Assembly (NCBI RefSeq): GCF_009914755.1
Contig: NC_060938.1
DNA: 64,000 nucleotides
Direction: 5' to 3' (one strand)
Source: the human T2T-CHM13v2.0 reference genome, Homo sapiens
The notes under the pieces were generated by a model. That model searched no databases, had not been told where the DNA came from, and saw only the letters and a program-made list of their open reading frames with translations. Position numbers and translations under genes: made by a program. This document shows, one piece after another, positions 63,894 through 64,000 of the stretch; positions within the stretch are counted from its first letter, which is position 1, and each line of letters begins with the position of its first letter.

Positions 63894-64000
63894 GAAACAC
63901 GTAAACATTTTCCCTATATAACAATAAAATTATAAACAACAATGATTATGCTACTTTCCAGTAGATCTTATTTCAAATGTATATTACAGTTTTTTTTATT

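Overview
Human (primate) genomic DNA that I recognise as the LGALS3 (galectin-3) locus, chr14q22.3. The first ~44 kb is intergenic and dominated by repeats: about 45 Alus/Alu monomers, L1/L2/MIR fragments, MaLR and ERV LTRs, Tigger/Charlie DNA transposons and one internally deleted two-LTR provirus. A CpG-island promoter (~44.2-45.2 kb) drives the six-exon + strand LGALS3 gene (CDS 52564-60461, 250 aa). Exon 3 is read in all three forward frames: galectin-3, plus cytogaligin (106 aa) and mitogaligin (97 aa) of the nested gene GALIG, a system that is already published. The last coding exon and 3' UTR of DLGAP5 (HURP) enter convergently on the - strand at the right end. The best candidates for a second look are: a DNA-transposon-derived 41-nt exon that would add 14 aa in frame to galectin-3 (or join the cytogaligin frame if the 22-nt exon 2 is skipped); a perfect 32-bp hairpin tandem repeat carrying STAT5/BCL6 and HSE-like sites in intron 5; two Alus with locally templated insertions; and an orphan poly(A) micro-insertion in an LTR. 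Repeat subfamily names come from my memory of consensus sequences and repeat boundaries are approximate. I see no wholly new system that the sequence alone can prove.
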